From the NCBI GenBank assembly GCA_030390025.1, contig CM059425.1, forward strand, positions 167,278,001 through 167,342,000: a stretch of DNA of 64,000 nt, read 5' to 3'. This DNA is from Squalus acanthias (taxonomy: Eukaryota). Positions 62,282 through 64,000 of this stretch are shown piece by piece (within the stretch, counting starts at the first letter, position 1; the number at the start of each line of letters is the position of its first letter). The translations under genes were made by a program, and so were the position numbers. Below the pieces are notes generated by a model. The model saw only the letters and a list, made by a program, of their open reading frames with translations, had not been told where the DNA came from and made no database searches.

Positions 62282-64000
62282 CGGGCTTTTTTCCTCAGAG
62301 GCCGGCGTCGTGAGCAGCAGGAGACCGGTGGTACAGTGAGTAGTTAAACTAAGTTTCGCGGGTTTTTTCCGAGGCTTACCAATCTCGCAGACCGGCGGCA
62401 GCATTCCAGAGCCACGTCACGATTCAAAAAGTGACGCGGGCAAGAGGAAGCAGCTGATTGGGTGAGTACGGCCAGGTGAGTATTTACACTACTCTATAGT
62501 TTGACAGTTAAGGATAATAGTTTATAAAGTTTAGAAGGTCTTAATTTTGTGGTTATAGTTTCTACGGTCTCTGTTGTGTAGCGGGGAGTGCTAGTAAACA
62601 AGGGCCCTTGAGTATATCATTTAATTGTAGTGTAATTAGTGGTATTGATTTGATTTAATTTAATTTAAATTAATTAAAGGGTAAGTCATGGCAGCACAGC
62701 TCGGCCCCGTGGCATGCTCCTCCTGCACTATGTGGGAAATCAGGAACACTTCCTGTGTCCCTGACGACCATGTGTGCGGGAAGTGTATCCAGCTGCAGCT
62801 ACTGGCAGACCACATTGCGGCGCTGGAGCTGCGAATGGATACATACTGGAGCATTCACGATGCTGAGAACGTCGTGGATAGCACGTTTAATGAGTTGGTC
62901 ACACCGCAGGTAAAGGCTGCACAGGCAGGAAGGGAATGGGTGACCGCCAGGCAGAGTAGTAGGCGCAGGCAGGTAGTGCATGGGTCCCCTGTGGCCATCC
63001 CCCTCTCAAACAGATATACCGCTTTAGATATTGTTGAGGGAGATGGCTTTCGGGGGAAGGCAGCAGCAGCCAAATTCCTGGCGCCAGGGGTGGTTCTGCT
63101 GCACAGGATGGGAGGAAAAAGAGCAGGGAGAGCTAAAGTGATAGGGGATCCTATTGTAAGGGGAATAGATAGGCGTTTCTGCGGCCACACCGAGACTCCA
63201 GGATGGTGTGTTGCCTCCCTGGTGCAAGGGTCAAGGATGTCTTGGAGCAGCTGCAGGGCATTCTGGAGGGAGAGGGTGAATGGCCAGTTGTCGTGGTGCA
63301 TATAGGTACCAACGATATAGGTAAAAAACGGGATGAGGTCCTAAAAGCTGAATATAGGGAGTTAGGAGGTAAATAAAAAAATAGGACCTCAAAGGTAGTA
63401 ATCTCAGGATTGCTACCAGTGCCACGTGCTAGTCAGAGTAGAAATAGAAGGATATTTCAGATGAATACGTGGCTAGAGGAATGGTGCAAGGGTGAGGGAT
63501 TCAAATTCCTGGGACATTGGAACCGGTCCTGGGGGAGGTGGGACCAGTACAAACTGGACTGTTTGCACCTGGGCAGGACCGGGACCGATGTTCTAGGGGG
63601 AGTGTTTGCTAGTGCTGTTGGGGAGGGTTTAAACTAAAATGGCAGGGGGTTGGGAACCTGAGCAGGGAGACAGAGGAAAGGGAAACAAGGATAGAAGCAA
63701 AGGTCAGGAAGGAAAAAAACAAAGGTGTCAGTCAGAGAAATCAAGGGTTTAAATCAAACATGGCCACAGTAAATAATAATTCTAAAAGGTCTAAGAGCGC
63801 TAAAAAAACAAGCCTGAAGGTTTTGTGTCTTAATGCGAGGAGCATTCATAATAAGGTGGATGAATTAGCTGCGCAAATAGAGGTAAACGAATATGATATG
63901 ATTAGGATTACGGAAACATGGCTCCAGGGTGACCAAGGCTGGGAACTCAACATACAGGGGTATTCAATATTCAGGAAAGATAGGCAAAAAGGAAAAGGAG
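62282..64000 (+). mobile_element. 5' part of a full-length-type CR1 (5'UTR, ORF1, start of ORF2)
   Basis: CpG-rich 5'UTR; ORF1; ORF2 endonuclease start LNARSIHNKVDEL...ITETWL running off the window. Confidence 0.9.
62688..63637 (+). pseudogene. CR1 ORF1 (zinc finger/leucine zipper + SGNH esterase), frameshifted
   Basis: CSSC...CGKC, LSNRY, IGDPIVRGID, HIGTND, DCLHL. Confidence 0.88.

Noticed and set aside
1..64000. CRISPR arrays, prokaryotic operons or defence systems
   Set aside because: No regularly spaced repeat-spacer structure and no operon-like gene density; the sequence is eukaryotic with spliceosomal introns.

Overview
This is vertebrate genomic DNA, very probably from a cartilaginous fish (shark), judged from CR1/HER1-type LINEs with (TTCTATG/TTCTTATG)n tails, SacSINE1/DeuSINE-like SINEs and an HE1-like SINE. 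The only host gene I can support is the 3' part of FAM174A on the + strand. It consists of a 135-nt internal exon (3839-3973), a ~36.6-kb intron, and a terminal exon supplying one base plus TAG (40596-40599) followed by a ~3.4-kb, largely TE-free 3'UTR. Most other sequence is transposon-derived and heavily nested: CR1, a second CR1/Jockey-group LINE family, L2, an RTE with a twin-priming 5' inversion, Penelope-like elements (PLEs) with hammerhead ribozymes, LTRs, a decayed two-gene PIF/Harbinger element, and many Harbinger, Tigger and hAT MITEs. Nearly all ORFs in the supplied track are TE fragments or antisense shadows. The best leads are: three hammerhead ribozymes from two PLE families plus a fold-back pLTR; a young CR1 with a tandem double 3' recognition stem-loop; the RTE inversion; inverted LINE copies bracketing the symmetric exon 2 (possible circRNA with an endless ORF); and a tandem acceptor that could extend the FAM174A C-terminus. 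Family assignments come from recalled motifs, not database searches. TE boundaries without a TSD are approximate.
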